Below are positions 8,743-18,805 of a stretch of DNA of 64,000 nucleotides, one piece after another; within the stretch, counting starts at the first letter, position 1; each line of letters opens with the position of its first letter. The stretch comes from Bacteroidota bacterium (GTDB lineage Bacteria > Bacteroidota > Bacteroidia > CAIKAF01): assembly GCA_023432985.1 (NCBI GenBank), contig JAEZEQ010000062.1, positions 69,907 through 133,906 of the forward strand, read 5' to 3'. The notes below the pieces were generated by a model, which saw only the letters and a program-made list of their open reading frames with translations, had not been told where the DNA came from and made no database searches. Position numbers and translations under genes: made by a program.

Positions 8743-10335
8743 ATGAAGTCACTCTTTTTATGTATTATAGGGTTCGGTACGGCAATGCTGTCCTTTGCTC
8801 AAAGCGAACGCGAATTCCAATCTCAACAGGCTAAAATCGATCGTCTTTTCCAATTGCTGCAAACAGCATATACCGAGGATGTAGATGTGCGTACCATAAC
8901 GGAAAAAGCAATAATTGCCGCACTCAAAGAACTTGATCCGCATTCCTATTATCTCACTGCGGCCGAGGTTCAACAATCGAACGAAAGCCTACAGGGCGGA
9001 TTTGACGGAATAGGAATCAGCTATTTAATGGAAATGGATACTTTGGTGGTTACCAGTCTGATTAAAAACGGCCCTGCCGAAAAAGAAGGGATTTTGCCCG
9101 GAGATAAACTCATTTTTATTAACGACTCTCTTGTTGCCGGGGAATCAGCCCGAACCGCATTAATTACCAAAATGCTTCGGGGTAAAAAGAATACCATAGT
9201 CGAATTACGATTCAAAAGAGATGGGGAAGGCATAATGGAATTTAAAGTTAAACGAGATAAAATTCCCGTTTATACCGTTCCATCTTATTATATGGTTCAA
9301 GGCAATATAGGCTATATAAAGGTAAGTCGCTTCGGAGCAGAAACAAGCAGAGACCTGAATCAGGCTATAAAAAAATTGAAAAAACAAGGCATGGAAAAGC
9401 TGATTCTCGATTTGCAAGATAATCCGGGTGGCTATTTATCGGCTGCCGTAAATATGGTGGATGAGTTTTTGCCTAAGGATAAATTGATTGTCTATACCGA
9501 AGGCAAAAATAGTCCCCGCCGCAATTATTTGGCCAGCAATAGGGGCGATTTCGAAGAAGGCGAACTTGTGATTTTGGTGAATGAGAATTCGGCATCTGCC
9601 AGCGAAATTGTATCCGGCGCTTTGCAAGACCACGACAGAGCCGTAATCATCGGACGCCGTACCTATGGAAAAGGCCTGGTACAAAGCACCTACGCATTTA
9701 GTGACAGTTCGGCGGTCCGACTCACAACAGCCCAATACTTCACCCCATCCGGCCGTTCTATACAAAAACCTTATAGCGAAGGCAGCGAAAAATATTTTGA
9801 AAACTTGAAAAAGAGACAGGATTCAGGCGAGTTGACAAATGCCGATAGCATTAAACTGAATAGCGAATTGGCCTATAAAACCGGAAACCAAAGAACTGTC
9901 TATGGTTCGGGTGGCGTAATGCCCGATTTATTTGTAGCTAAAGATTCTATTTGGAACGATTCCCTGATTCGCCAATGGAACAGCAAAAATATTATGTACC
10001 GTTTCACTGCCCAGTATGTAAATGGAAACAGAAAGGAATTTTTGAAAAAATTTGAATACAGTTTCGATACTTTTAAATCGAATTTTACCCTCGAAGCACA
10101 AACCTTAACGCAAATTCAATCTTTTTCCGAAAAACAAGGAATCCTTTTTGATCCAAGTCTTTTAAATTCGACACAAATACAATATATTTACACCCTGTTG
10201 AAATCGACTATGGCACGACTTCTATGGGATAATTCGGAATTCTACCAATGCCTGAACGAAATGGATCCTGTTTTACAAAGTGCAGTAGAGCTTTTTCAAA
10301 ATGAAAAAACAGCAAGTATATTAGAAAACAAATAA
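8743..10335 (+). CDS. ctp: S41 family carboxy-terminal processing peptidase (PDZ-containing)
   Basis: 530 aa with a signal peptide and a PDZ region (GIGISYLMEMDTLVV.. / GDKLIFINDS). The S41 catalytic core reads GGYLSAAVNMVDEF ... VNENSASASEIVSGAL. Confidence 0.85.
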   Translation: MKSLFLCIIGFGTAMLSFAQSEREFQSQQAKIDRLFQLLQTAYTEDVDVRTITEKAIIAALKELDPHSYYLTAAEVQQSNESLQGGFDGIGISYLMEMDTLVVTSLIKNGPAEKEGILPGDKLIFINDSLVAGESARTALITKMLRGKKNTIVELRFKRDGEGIMEFKVKRDKIPVYTVPSYYMVQGNIGYIKVSRFGAETSRDLNQAIKKLKKQGMEKLILDLQDNPGGYLSAAVNMVDEFLPKDKLIVYTEGKNSPRRNYLASNRGDFEEGELVILVNENSASASEIVSGALQDHDRAVIIGRRTYGKGLVQSTYAFSDSSAVRLTTAQYFTPSGRSIQKPYSEGSEKYFENLKKRQDSGELTNADSIKLNSELAYKTGNQRTVYGSGGVMPDLFVAKDSIWNDSLIRQWNSKNIMYRFTAQYVNGNRKEFLKKFEYSFDTFKSNFTLEAQTLTQIQSFSEKQGILFDPSLLNSTQIQYIYTLLKSTMARLLWDNSEFYQCLNEMDPVLQSAVELFQNEKTASILENK

Positions 10336-10833
10336 ATGAACATGAATAAATCATTCTTTACAGTAGGACTTTTACTAACAATTGCACTTACAGCTTGTGG
10401 AAATCAAGCAAAAGAAACAAATCAGGCTGCCAACACTGCGGAAAGTGGCAATGCCATAAGCGCTCCGCAAAGCAATCAGCCTTATCCAAAAACGGATGCT
10501 ATGGCTGAAGCCCCCGTGTCTAATCCCACCACGCTTAGCTGGACTAATATGGAACATGATTTTGGTACGGTGAAAAAAGAATCGGCAAGTGATTATGTAT
10601 TTACTTTTAAAAATACCGGTTCAAATCCGCTTATTATCAATTCTGCAAAAGGCTCTTGCGGCTGTACAGTTCCTGAATATCCAAAAGAACCTGTAATGCC
10701 GGGCGCTGAAGGAAAAATTAAGGTAACCTTCTCTGCAGGAACCACAGAAGGCCCAACCGAAAAAACAGTTACCATCGACGCCAATACAGAACCAAGAACT
10801 TCTATATTGAAAATCAGAGCAAACGTGAAATAG
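10336..10833 (+). CDS. DUF1573 domain lipoprotein
   Basis: 165 aa with a lipoprotein signal (LTACG). The C-terminal module FGTVKKESASDYVFTFKNTGSNPLIINSAKGSCGCTVPEYPKEPV is typical of DUF1573. The start abuts the ctp stop. Confidence 0.7.
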   Translation: MNMNKSFFTVGLLLTIALTACGNQAKETNQAANTAESGNAISAPQSNQPYPKTDAMAEAPVSNPTTLSWTNMEHDFGTVKKESASDYVFTFKNTGSNPLIINSAKGSCGCTVPEYPKEPVMPGAEGKIKVTFSAGTTEGPTEKTVTIDANTEPRTSILKIRANVK

Positions 10834-10857
10834 GTTTTTCAGAATAAATAAGATAGT

Positions 10858-10891
10858 AAGCCGGAGTATTTATATACTTCGGCTTTTTTTT
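10858..10891. terminator. bidirectional terminator between the convergent DUF1573 gene and murI
   Basis: Arms aagccggagtat / atacttcggctt pair with one G-U, followed by T9 on the plus strand. The T-run overlaps the murI stop codon. Confidence 0.65.
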
Positions 10892-11645
10892 ACTGCTGAT
10901 CTAAATACGCTAAAAATCGATCAAAATATCCGCTATTGTCCAAAGTACCGCTTATATAAAATTCGATTTGACCGCTCCCCTCGCCCGGCTCTATTAAGGA
11001 AATAAGTCTATTGATGGTGCCCTGATTCCCGTCTAAAAGATTTACCGACTCCGGAATAAAACGACGCAATTGATTTTTGAAATAAATAAAATGCGTACAA
11101 CCCAAAACCAGTGAATGGTAATTAGACCAATCATAGCCTCCAAGTTTCTCTTCCAAATAAGCATATAATGCATCCGAATCGAATTCAAATCGCTCGGCAA
11201 ACATTACCAACTCTTGTAAAGACAACTCATCAACTAAGTCGTCCATTTTTAAATCCCGAATCAAATCCGACAATTTCTGACCTTTTAAGGTAGCATCTGT
11301 AGCGGTGATTAATATGCGTCCTCCGGAATGTAACTTCCCGGCCAACTTAACAGCCGGCTCCATACCAATAACCGGAATATCGAATTGCTCTCTAAGCAAA
11401 TGTATCGCTGCACTGGTAGCCGTATTGCAAGCCAATACAATAGCCTTGCACTCCTTTTCCAACAAAAAATGAACCGCATCTAAAACCAATTGACAGACTT
11501 GCTCCGTACTCTTGGTTCCATAAGGCGCATGGACACAATCGCCGAAATATATAAAATCCTCATGTGCCAATTGCTGCTTAGCCAGATGTAAGGTCGTCAA
11601 ACCGCCCACACCACTATCAAAAAATGCAATCTTCCCTTTGTTCAT
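10890..11645 (-). CDS. murI: glutamate racemase
   Basis: 251 aa reading MNKGKIAFFDSGVGGLTTL..., with both Asp/Glu racemase motifs (ACNTATS, GCTHF). Confidence 0.9.
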   Translation of the reverse strand: MNKGKIAFFDSGVGGLTTLHLAKQQLAHEDFIYFGDCVHAPYGTKSTEQVCQLVLDAVHFLLEKECKAIVLACNTATSAAIHLLREQFDIPVIGMEPAVKLAGKLHSGGRILITATDATLKGQKLSDLIRDLKMDDLVDELSLQELVMFAERFEFDSDALYAYLEEKLGGYDWSNYHSLVLGCTHFIYFKNQLRRFIPESVNLLDGNQGTINRLISLIEPGEGSGQIEFYISGTLDNSGYFDRFLAYLDQQ

Positions 11646-11693
11646 CTTATACTATATGGCAACTAATGTATAGTTTTTATCCCGATTTTTTAC

Positions 11694-11728
11694 AAAAAAA
11701 AAGCTGCCTTTACTAAAAAAAGCAGCTT
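11694..11728 (-). terminator. rho-independent terminator after rpmE2 (minus strand)
   Basis: Arms aagctgc / gcagctt (11701-11707 and 11722-11728) are followed by a T-run on the minus strand (A-run 11694-11702 on plus). Confidence 0.6.
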
Positions 11729-11751
11729 CAATTATTTCGAATTGGCAATAC

Positions 11752-12009
11752 TTATTTCTTGCCCATATTTTGGTAACGTGTATTGAACTTATCGATACGA
11801 CCTGCTGTATCTACAAGCTTAACTTTTCCGGTATAGAACGGATGTGAAGAACTGGAAATCTCCAATTTATACAATGGATATTCTACTCCATCTTCATATA
11901 CAATGGTCTCTTTTGTGTTCACACATGACTTCGTCAAAAACATTTCTTCGTTAGACATGTCTTTGAATACTACAAATCGGTAATTTTCCGGATGAATATC
12001 TTTTTTCAT
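11752..12009 (-). CDS. rpmE2: 50S ribosomal protein L31 type B (zinc-independent paralog)
   Basis: [29 protein letters not shown]...HPFYTGK is the L31 type B signature and lacks the CxxC zinc ribbon. The start is taken at the internal ATG at 12009, since the listed ORF carries an 11-aa N-terminal extension. Confidence 0.85.
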   Translation of the reverse strand: MKKDIHPENYRFVVFKDMSNEEMFLTKSCVNTKETIVYEDGVEYPLYKLEISSSSHPFYTGKVKLVDTAGRIDKFNTRYQNMGKK

Positions 12010-12094
12010 TTCCTTACTATTTTTGGGACTGCAAATGTACAACTTTTATTCTTCTTTCAAAATTTTATATCGAAATATTTTCTCTTTTTTCGCA

Positions 12095-13693
12095 TTATTC
12101 ATATTCATTTTTCCAAAGCAAAAGTTTCAACCTGAAATCGAGGGGATTACAATACTGAATCATTGCGCCCATCCCCTCTTCTCCCAATAAACCCGATACT
12201 TCAAAAACTGAAATATGTCTTTCCTGAAAATTTCCCATAGGAAATACTTCCTCTCTCACTTTTTTTAATTTTCTCAATTCGCCCTCATGGCGCATTTTCA
12301 GATCGCGCTGCATTCTCAGATCCAATCGCTTCAAAATATTTTCCATTTCTTTCTGTGCGGCCGGAATAAATGCCTGGACCTTCTTGCCCGGATTGGCCCA
12401 AGTTTTCAATGATTCGAATAGCTCCTCCATCTGTTGTTTCCAGGCCTGCCACTCCTCATTTTTCTCACTATTCTTTTCCAACCAATGATTTAGCAAATGC
12501 TCTTCATCCATCCATAAATCGCCCAGGTTCAATGCATGTTCTTCTAAAAAACATAAAGATTCTTCTTTTAGAAACAGGAAATTATCCCTGGGTATAAGCA
12601 CCGGAAAATCGACTTGTGCAGCCTCGAATATCTGTTTCAATTGCAACCAGTACTTCACTTCTGCCGGTCCGCCCACATAGGCAATATTGGGCAAAATATA
12701 TTCCTGATAAAGAGGACGCAATACGACGTTCGGACTAAACCTTTCCGGATTGCTATCCAATTCTTTTTCCAATGACTCCGGGGTTAAACGGCGCTCACCT
12801 ATCTTATATTCTGTATCCGAAACTTTTTCTATACGCTCCCTGGAGTGTTCGCCCAAATAAAATAAATTGATTTCTCTACCTTGAATTTGTGGGGTCAATC
12901 CCTCTTTTTCCAAAGCCATACTACAGGCTTCCAATGCCGGAAATGAAAATGAATCTCTCAATTCCCTACGCATGATTTCCTTGAACCTACTTTTCAATTC
13001 TTTCCTGTCGGCGTCTATACAAAGTAGTCCGTATTTTCCAAACCATTTATCTACAAATATGCGTGTTGCGTCGGCTATATTGTCTGATTGCGCATAGGCT
13101 TTTTCCACATCTTTCCACATGGCCGACATTTCCAATTCCGGAAAATCTCTTTTCCATTCTTCAAAAACTCCCTGCGTTACCGAGGCCGGTATATGTCCCA
13201 CAGCTTCTGAATGCGCCCAGGAATAGGCATATTTTTTATCTCTAAAAAAAACATGATTGGCTTCCTCCACATCATGATCTTCCGATGCCATCCAAAATAT
13301 GGGGATTATGCGTGCATGGGGATTATTCTTCTGAAGCTCTTGCGCCAATTTTATGGCAGAGGCCATTTTAATTACAAAATAAAGAGGTCCTCCCGCCAGG
13401 CATAATTGATGTCCTGTTGTTATGGTGAAAGTCTGACTATCCGCCAAAGCAGCAATATTCTCTTTCACGGCAGACTGCAATTTTATCCCATTATATTGAA
13501 CCTTAAGTACAGATTGTAAAATCTCCCTGGCTTCTGCATCAAATCTTCTGTTGCTCATTGCTTCCTGCAAACCATCCATGTTCGATGGATAAGAAATAAA
13601 TGCAGAAAATGCAGAATTCTTATCCGATAAGGAGGCCAAAGGAGCTGCTAATAATGATATATGCTCACTAATTGATAAACGTACTTTTACCAT
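12095..13693 (-). CDS. bshC: bacillithiol biosynthesis cysteine-adding enzyme BshC
   Basis: 532 aa. Segments ITTGHQLCLAGGPLYFVIK...IPIFWMASEDHDVEEANHV and ERFSPNVVLRPLYQEYILPNIAYVGGPAEVKYW align closely with B. subtilis BshC (..GGQQAGLLTGPLYTIHK...IPIFWVAGEDHDLDEINFV.. and [33 protein letters not shown]). Confidence 0.85.
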   Translation of the reverse strand: MVKVRLSISEHISLLAAPLASLSDKNSAFSAFISYPSNMDGLQEAMSNRRFDAEAREILQSVLKVQYNGIKLQSAVKENIAALADSQTFTITTGHQLCLAGGPLYFVIKMASAIKLAQELQKNNPHARIIPIFWMASEDHDVEEANHVFFRDKKYAYSWAHSEAVGHIPASVTQGVFEEWKRDFPELEMSAMWKDVEKAYAQSDNIADATRIFVDKWFGKYGLLCIDADRKELKSRFKEIMRRELRDSFSFPALEACSMALEKEGLTPQIQGREINLFYLGEHSRERIEKVSDTEYKIGERRLTPESLEKELDSNPERFSPNVVLRPLYQEYILPNIAYVGGPAEVKYWLQLKQIFEAAQVDFPVLIPRDNFLFLKEESLCFLEEHALNLGDLWMDEEHLLNHWLEKNSEKNEEWQAWKQQMEELFESLKTWANPGKKVQAFIPAAQKEMENILKRLDLRMQRDLKMRHEGELRKLKKVREEVFPMGNFQERHISVFEVSGLLGEEGMGAMIQYCNPLDFRLKLLLWKNEYE

Positions 13694-13711
13694 ATCTCAA
13701 AGTAACACATT

Positions 13712-14452
13712 TTACTTAAATAGTGCCTTATACTCATCCTTCCAAATGGGTGCTTTTAACCCTATTTTAAGAAAGATGTCTTCGAAATAATCGGGCAAAG
13801 GGGCTTCCACCAAAATACGCTCTTTGCTATGGGGATGATCAAACTCTATTCTCCATGCATGCAATAACATATTTTGCAATCCGAATTCCGTTTTAAACAT
13901 TTTATTATGCTTGCATTCTCCATGTTTCAAATCCCCGATTATATAATGCCTTAAATGTGCCAAATGCCGGCGAATCTGATGCATACGTCCACTCAATGGT
14001 TTTATCAAGGCTATGCTGTATCTGCTTTGCGGGTAGCGGCTTACAAAAATTGGAATTTCGGTTTGATCCAGGCAAGCAAAAAGGGTCTGTGCTTCCTGCC
14101 ATTTCCCATTTTCTTTTTTTAGTGGAGAATCTATTTTTCCTGATGCGGGCAAATAGCCTCTAACGAGACAGGTATAAAATTTTTCGCTTTTCGGGTTGCG
14201 TATCTGTTCCTGCAGCAATGCATCGCTTTCTTTCTGTAAGCCACAAACCAATACGCCTGAAGTTTTGCGGTCGAGTCGGTGTGCGGGGTAGACTTTCGTG
14301 CCCAGTTGATTGCGTAATTTTTGGACCAAAAACTCATTTTCTTCCTCGGCAATTCGCGTTTTATGCACCAATAATCCGGCCGGTTTATTCACCACAACCA
14401 AATACTCATCCTGATACAAAACAGGAATTTGATCCGAATCTTTTTCCATCAT
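13712..14452 (-). CDS. RluA family pseudouridine synthase
   Basis: 246 aa with the catalytic motif [12 protein letters not shown] and the N-terminal [18 protein letters not shown]. It overlaps the purT stop by 4 nt, which suggests an operon. Confidence 0.85.
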   Translation of the reverse strand: MMEKDSDQIPVLYQDEYLVVVNKPAGLLVHKTRIAEEENEFLVQKLRNQLGTKVYPAHRLDRKTSGVLVCGLQKESDALLQEQIRNPKSEKFYTCLVRGYLPASGKIDSPLKKENGKWQEAQTLFACLDQTEIPIFVSRYPQSRYSIALIKPLSGRMHQIRRHLAHLRHYIIGDLKHGECKHNKMFKTEFGLQNMLLHAWRIEFDHPHSKERILVEAPLPDYFEDIFLKIGLKAPIWKDEYKALFK

Positions 14453-15621
14453 AGCAATTTCACTTCCGAAGCCAGTCGCACCGCTTTATCTCTCAAGGCA
14501 TCCATATCTGCATCCAATTGGTCGTAACACAATACCACCCCCATGCGTCTATAAGGTCTTTGTACGGGTTTACCAAACAAACGTATATCGGTTCCCATTT
14601 CCTGCAATACTTTTTCCACGCCCGAGAATTGGGGGAAGTTTTGGCTTTCTTTTTGGGCTAAAATCACCGCACTTACTCCGCTTTTTTGCAATTCGATTTG
14701 TGGCACAGGCAAGCCCAACAAGGCCCGGCTATGCAATTCGAATTCGCTCAAATTTTGTGTATTGGCCAGGGTTACCATGCCTGTATCATGCGGTCTGGGC
14801 GATAATTCGGAGAAATACACCTCATTTTTTCCAATAAAAAATTCCACTCCCCAGATACCGGCGCCACCTAAGGCATGGGTGATTTTTTCGGCCATATCTT
14901 GTGCTTGTTCCAATATAGAAGCTTCAATTTGGCAAGGTTGCCAGCTTTGTTGATAATCGCCTCTTTCCTGAAGGTGCCCAATGGGCGCACAAAACAAGGT
15001 TTTTCCACTTTTTTGTGTCAACGTAAGCAGGGTAATTTCCGACTCAAAATGCACAAAAGCTTCTACAATCACCTCGTCAATTTTTCCTCTTTTTCCTTCC
15101 ATAGCATATTGCCAGGCTTTAGGCACATCACCGGGGCCGTATAATACACTTTGTCCTTTTCCACTGCTGCTCATCAAAGGTTTCACCACACAGGGATATC
15201 CGAGTTGGTCCGCAGCTTCCTGCAATAATTCCAGCGAGGTAGCATAGCGATAATCGGCCGTTTTAATTCCCAATTCTTTCGCTGCCAAATCGCGGATTAA
15301 TTTGCGATTCATGGTATAATTTGCAGCTTTTGCGCTAGGCACAACCTGTATACCTTCGGCTTCGAATGCATAAAAAGCCTCGGTATAAATGGCTTCGATT
15401 TCGGGCACGATGATATCGGGTTTATGCTTATCCACAGCGGCCTTCAAGGCTTCAGGGTCGAGCATATCGAACACTTCGAAATCATGTGCTACTTGCATGG
15501 CCGGAGCACCTGCATAAGAATCGGCGGCTATAACATATTGACCCAAACGTTGAAGTGCAATCACCACTTCTTTTCCCAATTCTCCGCTTCCCAGGAGCAG
15601 AATTTTTTTTCTCTCAGCCAT
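14449..15621 (-). CDS. purT: formate-dependent phosphoribosylglycinamide formyltransferase
   Basis: 390 aa with an ATP-grasp fold. The N-terminus [21 protein letters not shown] and overall collinearity match PurT. Confidence 0.9.
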   Translation of the reverse strand: MAERKKILLLGSGELGKEVVIALQRLGQYVIAADSYAGAPAMQVAHDFEVFDMLDPEALKAAVDKHKPDIIVPEIEAIYTEAFYAFEAEGIQVVPSAKAANYTMNRKLIRDLAAKELGIKTADYRYATSLELLQEAADQLGYPCVVKPLMSSSGKGQSVLYGPGDVPKAWQYAMEGKRGKIDEVIVEAFVHFESEITLLTLTQKSGKTLFCAPIGHLQERGDYQQSWQPCQIEASILEQAQDMAEKITHALGGAGIWGVEFFIGKNEVYFSELSPRPHDTGMVTLANTQNLSEFELHSRALLGLPVPQIELQKSGVSAVILAQKESQNFPQFSGVEKVLQEMGTDIRLFGKPVQRPYRRMGVVLCYDQLDADMDALRDKAVRLASEVKLL

Positions 15622-15625
15622 TGTT

Positions 15626-16393
15626 TTATTTTATTTTCATGCGTGCATACTGACGTATCTTGGCATATTTTATCATGCTCGAATAGGCCGAAAGGGAGCA
15701 GATTAAAAATCCCGTATATCCGTCTAAAAAACCGCGTTTAATGATATAGGTATGGAAAAATTTCCACCAAAAACCGAATATCACCCGGGCAATCGAACAA
15801 TCTCTTCCCTTATCTACCGCAACCCGGGCTGCGATTTCGGTAAATTTTTCAATTTGCTTTATATGCTCCGAAATCGTATAGTAACTATAGTGTAAAATAT
15901 CTCCTTTTAGTTTTCCATAAAGCTCTTTAGAATCGGAATATTCCCATTTATCATGTGGATTTTCTCCGCCCCATTTTCCACTGCGTTTATCCCATAAACG
16001 GGCTTTGGTATCGGGATACCAGTTGGAATGTCTTACCCATTTTCCGCAATAGTTGGTGAGCCTGTTCATGCGATAGGCTCTGAATTGAGGATCAGCTAAG
16101 ACTTTTCGTATATCTTGTTTTAAGGTGGCGCTTAAGGCCTCATCGGCATCCAAACTCAATACCCAATTATGTGTGGCCAGATTTGCTGCCCTATTCTTTT
16201 GTTCAATATGACCCAAAAATGGCTGAGATATAAAACGTACATTGTAATCGGCGCATATAGATTCAGTGGCATCGGTCGACAAAGAATCCAATACCAGAAT
16301 CTCGTCTGCCAAATCTTTAACCGATTCCAGACATCGACCTATATTTCTTTCCTCATTAAACGTAATGATAACAACCGATAACTTTTCTATCAT
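15626..16393 (-). CDS. family 2 glycosyltransferase (LPS core/KdtX-WaaE-like)
   Basis: [20 protein letters not shown]...LVLDSLSTD...SLDADE is a GT2 DxD-type fold. The start is taken at the internal ATG at 16393 (MIEKLSVV...); the listed ORF extends 14 codons upstream. Confidence 0.75.
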   Translation of the reverse strand: MIEKLSVVIITFNEERNIGRCLESVKDLADEILVLDSLSTDATESICADYNVRFISQPFLGHIEQKNRAANLATHNWVLSLDADEALSATLKQDIRKVLADPQFRAYRMNRLTNYCGKWVRHSNWYPDTKARLWDKRSGKWGGENPHDKWEYSDSKELYGKLKGDILHYSYYTISEHIKQIEKFTEIAARVAVDKGRDCSIARVIFGFWWKFFHTYIIKRGFLDGYTGFLICSLSAYSSMIKYAKIRQYARMKIK

Positions 16394-16459
16394 ATGAACA
16401 TAAAAAGAAATGGAAAAAATGCCTTTTCTTTGCACGAAGATAAAAATACCAAATAAAAG

Positions 16460-17107
16460 ATGGATGAATATTTAAAATTCGCGATCTACTGTTTCACGAC
16501 CTTCATCACCATAATGAATCCCCTCAGCATTATGCCGGTTTTCTTAACCATGACCGGAACGCTGAATCATCAAGCGGCGAGGAATACAGCCATACGTGCG
16601 GTTATTACCGCATTTGTAACCCTGGTTTTATTTGCATTTTTAGGGGAAGCTATTTTTAAATTTTTTCAAATTACTACGAACGGATTGAAAATTGTGGGTG
16701 GAATTATTTTCTTTTTAATGGGTATGGATATGCTGCAAGCCCGACTTTCGGCATTAAAACTCAGAAAAGAAGAAGTGAAAGCCTATGTGAAAGATATTTC
16801 CATTACCCCTTTGGGCATACCTATGATTACCGGTCCGGGAGCCATTACCAATGCCATTATTTTGATGGACGGTGCAGAAAGCATTCCCCTGAAAGTTATC
16901 CTCTTTAGTGTAATTACGCTGATTTGTCTCATCACGCTGGTTGTACTTATAGGCAGTCGTAAAATCATGGGATTTCTTGGTGAAACCGGGAATATGGTTA
17001 TGATGCGTATAATGGGACTGATTGTAATGGTGGTAGCGGTAGAATTATTTTTCTCGGGACTGACACCTATATTACGCCAAATCCTTCTTATTAGTCCTCC
17101 TTTATAA
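16460..17107 (+). CDS. MarC family (UPF0056) integral membrane protein
   Basis: 215 aa with six predicted TM segments. The N-terminal FITIMNPLSIMPVFL and central PLGIPMITGPGAIT motifs are typical of MarC/YhgN. Confidence 0.8.
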   Translation: MDEYLKFAIYCFTTFITIMNPLSIMPVFLTMTGTLNHQAARNTAIRAVITAFVTLVLFAFLGEAIFKFFQITTNGLKIVGGIIFFLMGMDMLQARLSALKLRKEEVKAYVKDISITPLGIPMITGPGAITNAIILMDGAESIPLKVILFSVITLICLITLVVLIGSRKIMGFLGETGNMVMMRIMGLIVMVVAVELFFSGLTPILRQILLISPPL

Positions 17108-17111
17108 TATC

Positions 17112-18167
17112 ATGTTGTATATACAAAACAGCAAAATAGAAGTAGACGAAAAAGCCTGGTGCGGGCCTCAAGGCGAATTACTGGCCTTGATTCAGCCAAC
17201 CGTAGCCGATCCCATATCCATTCGCAAAGATTTACAAGGCATGTGGCGCTATTTGCCTTTTTTGCCTTTAAAGCGGGAAGAAAATATTGTATCCATGGGC
17301 GAAGGAATGACTCCGCTTATTTCCTTACAACATGCCGGGAAAAAGCTATATGCCAAACTTGAGTTTTTATTTCCAAGCGGCAGTTTTAAAGATCGTGGAG
17401 CAAGTTTTCTGATGAGCAAACTGAAGGAATTGGGCATAGATGAAATTGTAGAAGACAGCAGTGGAAATGCAGGTTCGGCCATGGCAGCTTATGCCGCAAT
17501 AGCCGGAATAAAATGCCATATCGTAGTTCCGAATAACTGCGATGAAGCGAAAATCAGACAAATGCAACAGTATGGCGCACAAATAATACAAGTAGCCGGA
17601 AATAGACAAATGGCTTCGGATAAAGCGAGAGAATTAGCCGCCCGATTTTACCATGCCGGTCATGCCATCAATCCCTGGTTCTTTATGGGTACTATGACCT
17701 TTGCATTCGAAATATGGGAACAAAATGCCATACCCGAAGAAATTATTTTTCCCACCGGAAACGGGACGCTGATTCTGGGTGCATATTTAGGATTTAAATT
17801 ACTGAAAGAAAAAGGGCTCATTTCTGAGCTTCCACGGCTGAGTATAGCTCAATCTGACGCTTGTGCGCCTTTGTTTTACCGTTTCAAAAAAATGGAATTC
17901 CCGGGCTCAACGCAAGGATTGGCTAAAGGTATTTTGGTCGAAAATCCGGTTCGCGCCGAAGAAATATTAGAGGCTGTCCGACTTAGTAATGGACATATAT
18001 ATACCTGTACCGAAAAAGAAATTCTGGATGCCGGTCTGTCCCTTGCACAAAAAGGATTGTATGTAGAGTACAGTTCAGCCGCGGCCTATGCCGTTTTGCA
18101 TCAAAGTAAGACCGAGCATATACTGATTCCATTAACGGGCAGCGGATTGAAAAATAATCCCCTTTAA
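17112..18167 (+). CDS. threonine synthase-like PLP-dependent enzyme (short form)
   Basis: 351 aa. The PLP-lysine motif FPSGSFKDRGASF and the preceding SMGEGMTPLISL match the threonine synthase N-terminal pattern. Whether this is the housekeeping ThrC or a paralog cannot be told from the sequence. Confidence 0.6.
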   Translation: MLYIQNSKIEVDEKAWCGPQGELLALIQPTVADPISIRKDLQGMWRYLPFLPLKREENIVSMGEGMTPLISLQHAGKKLYAKLEFLFPSGSFKDRGASFLMSKLKELGIDEIVEDSSGNAGSAMAAYAAIAGIKCHIVVPNNCDEAKIRQMQQYGAQIIQVAGNRQMASDKARELAARFYHAGHAINPWFFMGTMTFAFEIWEQNAIPEEIIFPTGNGTLILGAYLGFKLLKEKGLISELPRLSIAQSDACAPLFYRFKKMEFPGSTQGLAKGILVENPVRAEEILEAVRLSNGHIYTCTEKEILDAGLSLAQKGLYVEYSSAAAYAVLHQSKTEHILIPLTGSGLKNNPL

Positions 18168-18231
18168 TTCCCATATTTTTTGAAAAAAAAATGGGAATCT
18201 GCCTAACAAAATCAAATTCTACACCATCTCT

Positions 18232-18723
18232 TTGAAATCGGCCAAAGCGGCCTTTTATCCCAATATCAATATATCGGCCGGCATGGGATTTAATGCTTTT
18301 AATCCGTCTCTTCTTTTTAACCCGGCTTCTTTGGCATATTCGGTGATTGGAAATTTGTTTGCTCCATTGGTCAATATGAGTGCGCTCAAAGCTCAATTCC
18401 ACACAGCCAAAGCTCAGCAAATAAGCGCTATGCATCAATATCAAAAAAGTATATTACAAGGATATACAGATGTGGTAAACATCTTAAATCAACAAGAGAA
18501 TTTATTAAAAATTCAAGAATTAAAACAAGAACAAAAATCCGTACTAAATGAGTCGGTAACCACGGCAGATGAATTGTTTAGAAATGGGAAAGCTGCGTAT
18601 TTAGAAATTTTATTCAGTCAGCAAAATGCCTTAAAAACCGAAATCGAACTTTTAGAAATCAATAAACGCGTTAAACAAACGCGGATTAATTTGTATAAAG
18701 CCATAGGGGGCGGCTGGAACTGA
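18232..18723 (+). pseudogene. C-terminal remnant (~160 aa) of a TolC-family outer-membrane efflux protein
   Basis: The translation matches only the last third of TolC/OprM-type outer membrane factors (..LKAQFHTAKAQQ...YQKSILQGYTDVVN...ELLEINKRVKQTRINLYKAIGGGW). The ORF begins at a TTG directly after an in-frame stop at 18181. The upstream ~300 aa needed for a functional OMF are absent, and the preceding gene ends at 18167. Confidence 0.55.
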
Positions 18724-18731
18724 TAAAATCA

Positions 18732-18786
18732 GTATAAAAAAAATCCGATGTAATTCAGGTTATAAAGCTTGAAATACATCGGATTT
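18732..18786 (-). terminator. terminator hairpin after clpB (minus strand), bidirectional with the TolC remnant
   Basis: A perfect 12-bp inverted repeat aaatccgatgta ... tacatcggattt (18741-18752 and 18775-18786) is followed by a T-run on the minus strand (A-run 18732-18740). Confidence 0.6.
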
Positions 18787-18805
18787 ATATTTTAAAAAAC
18801 TTCAA

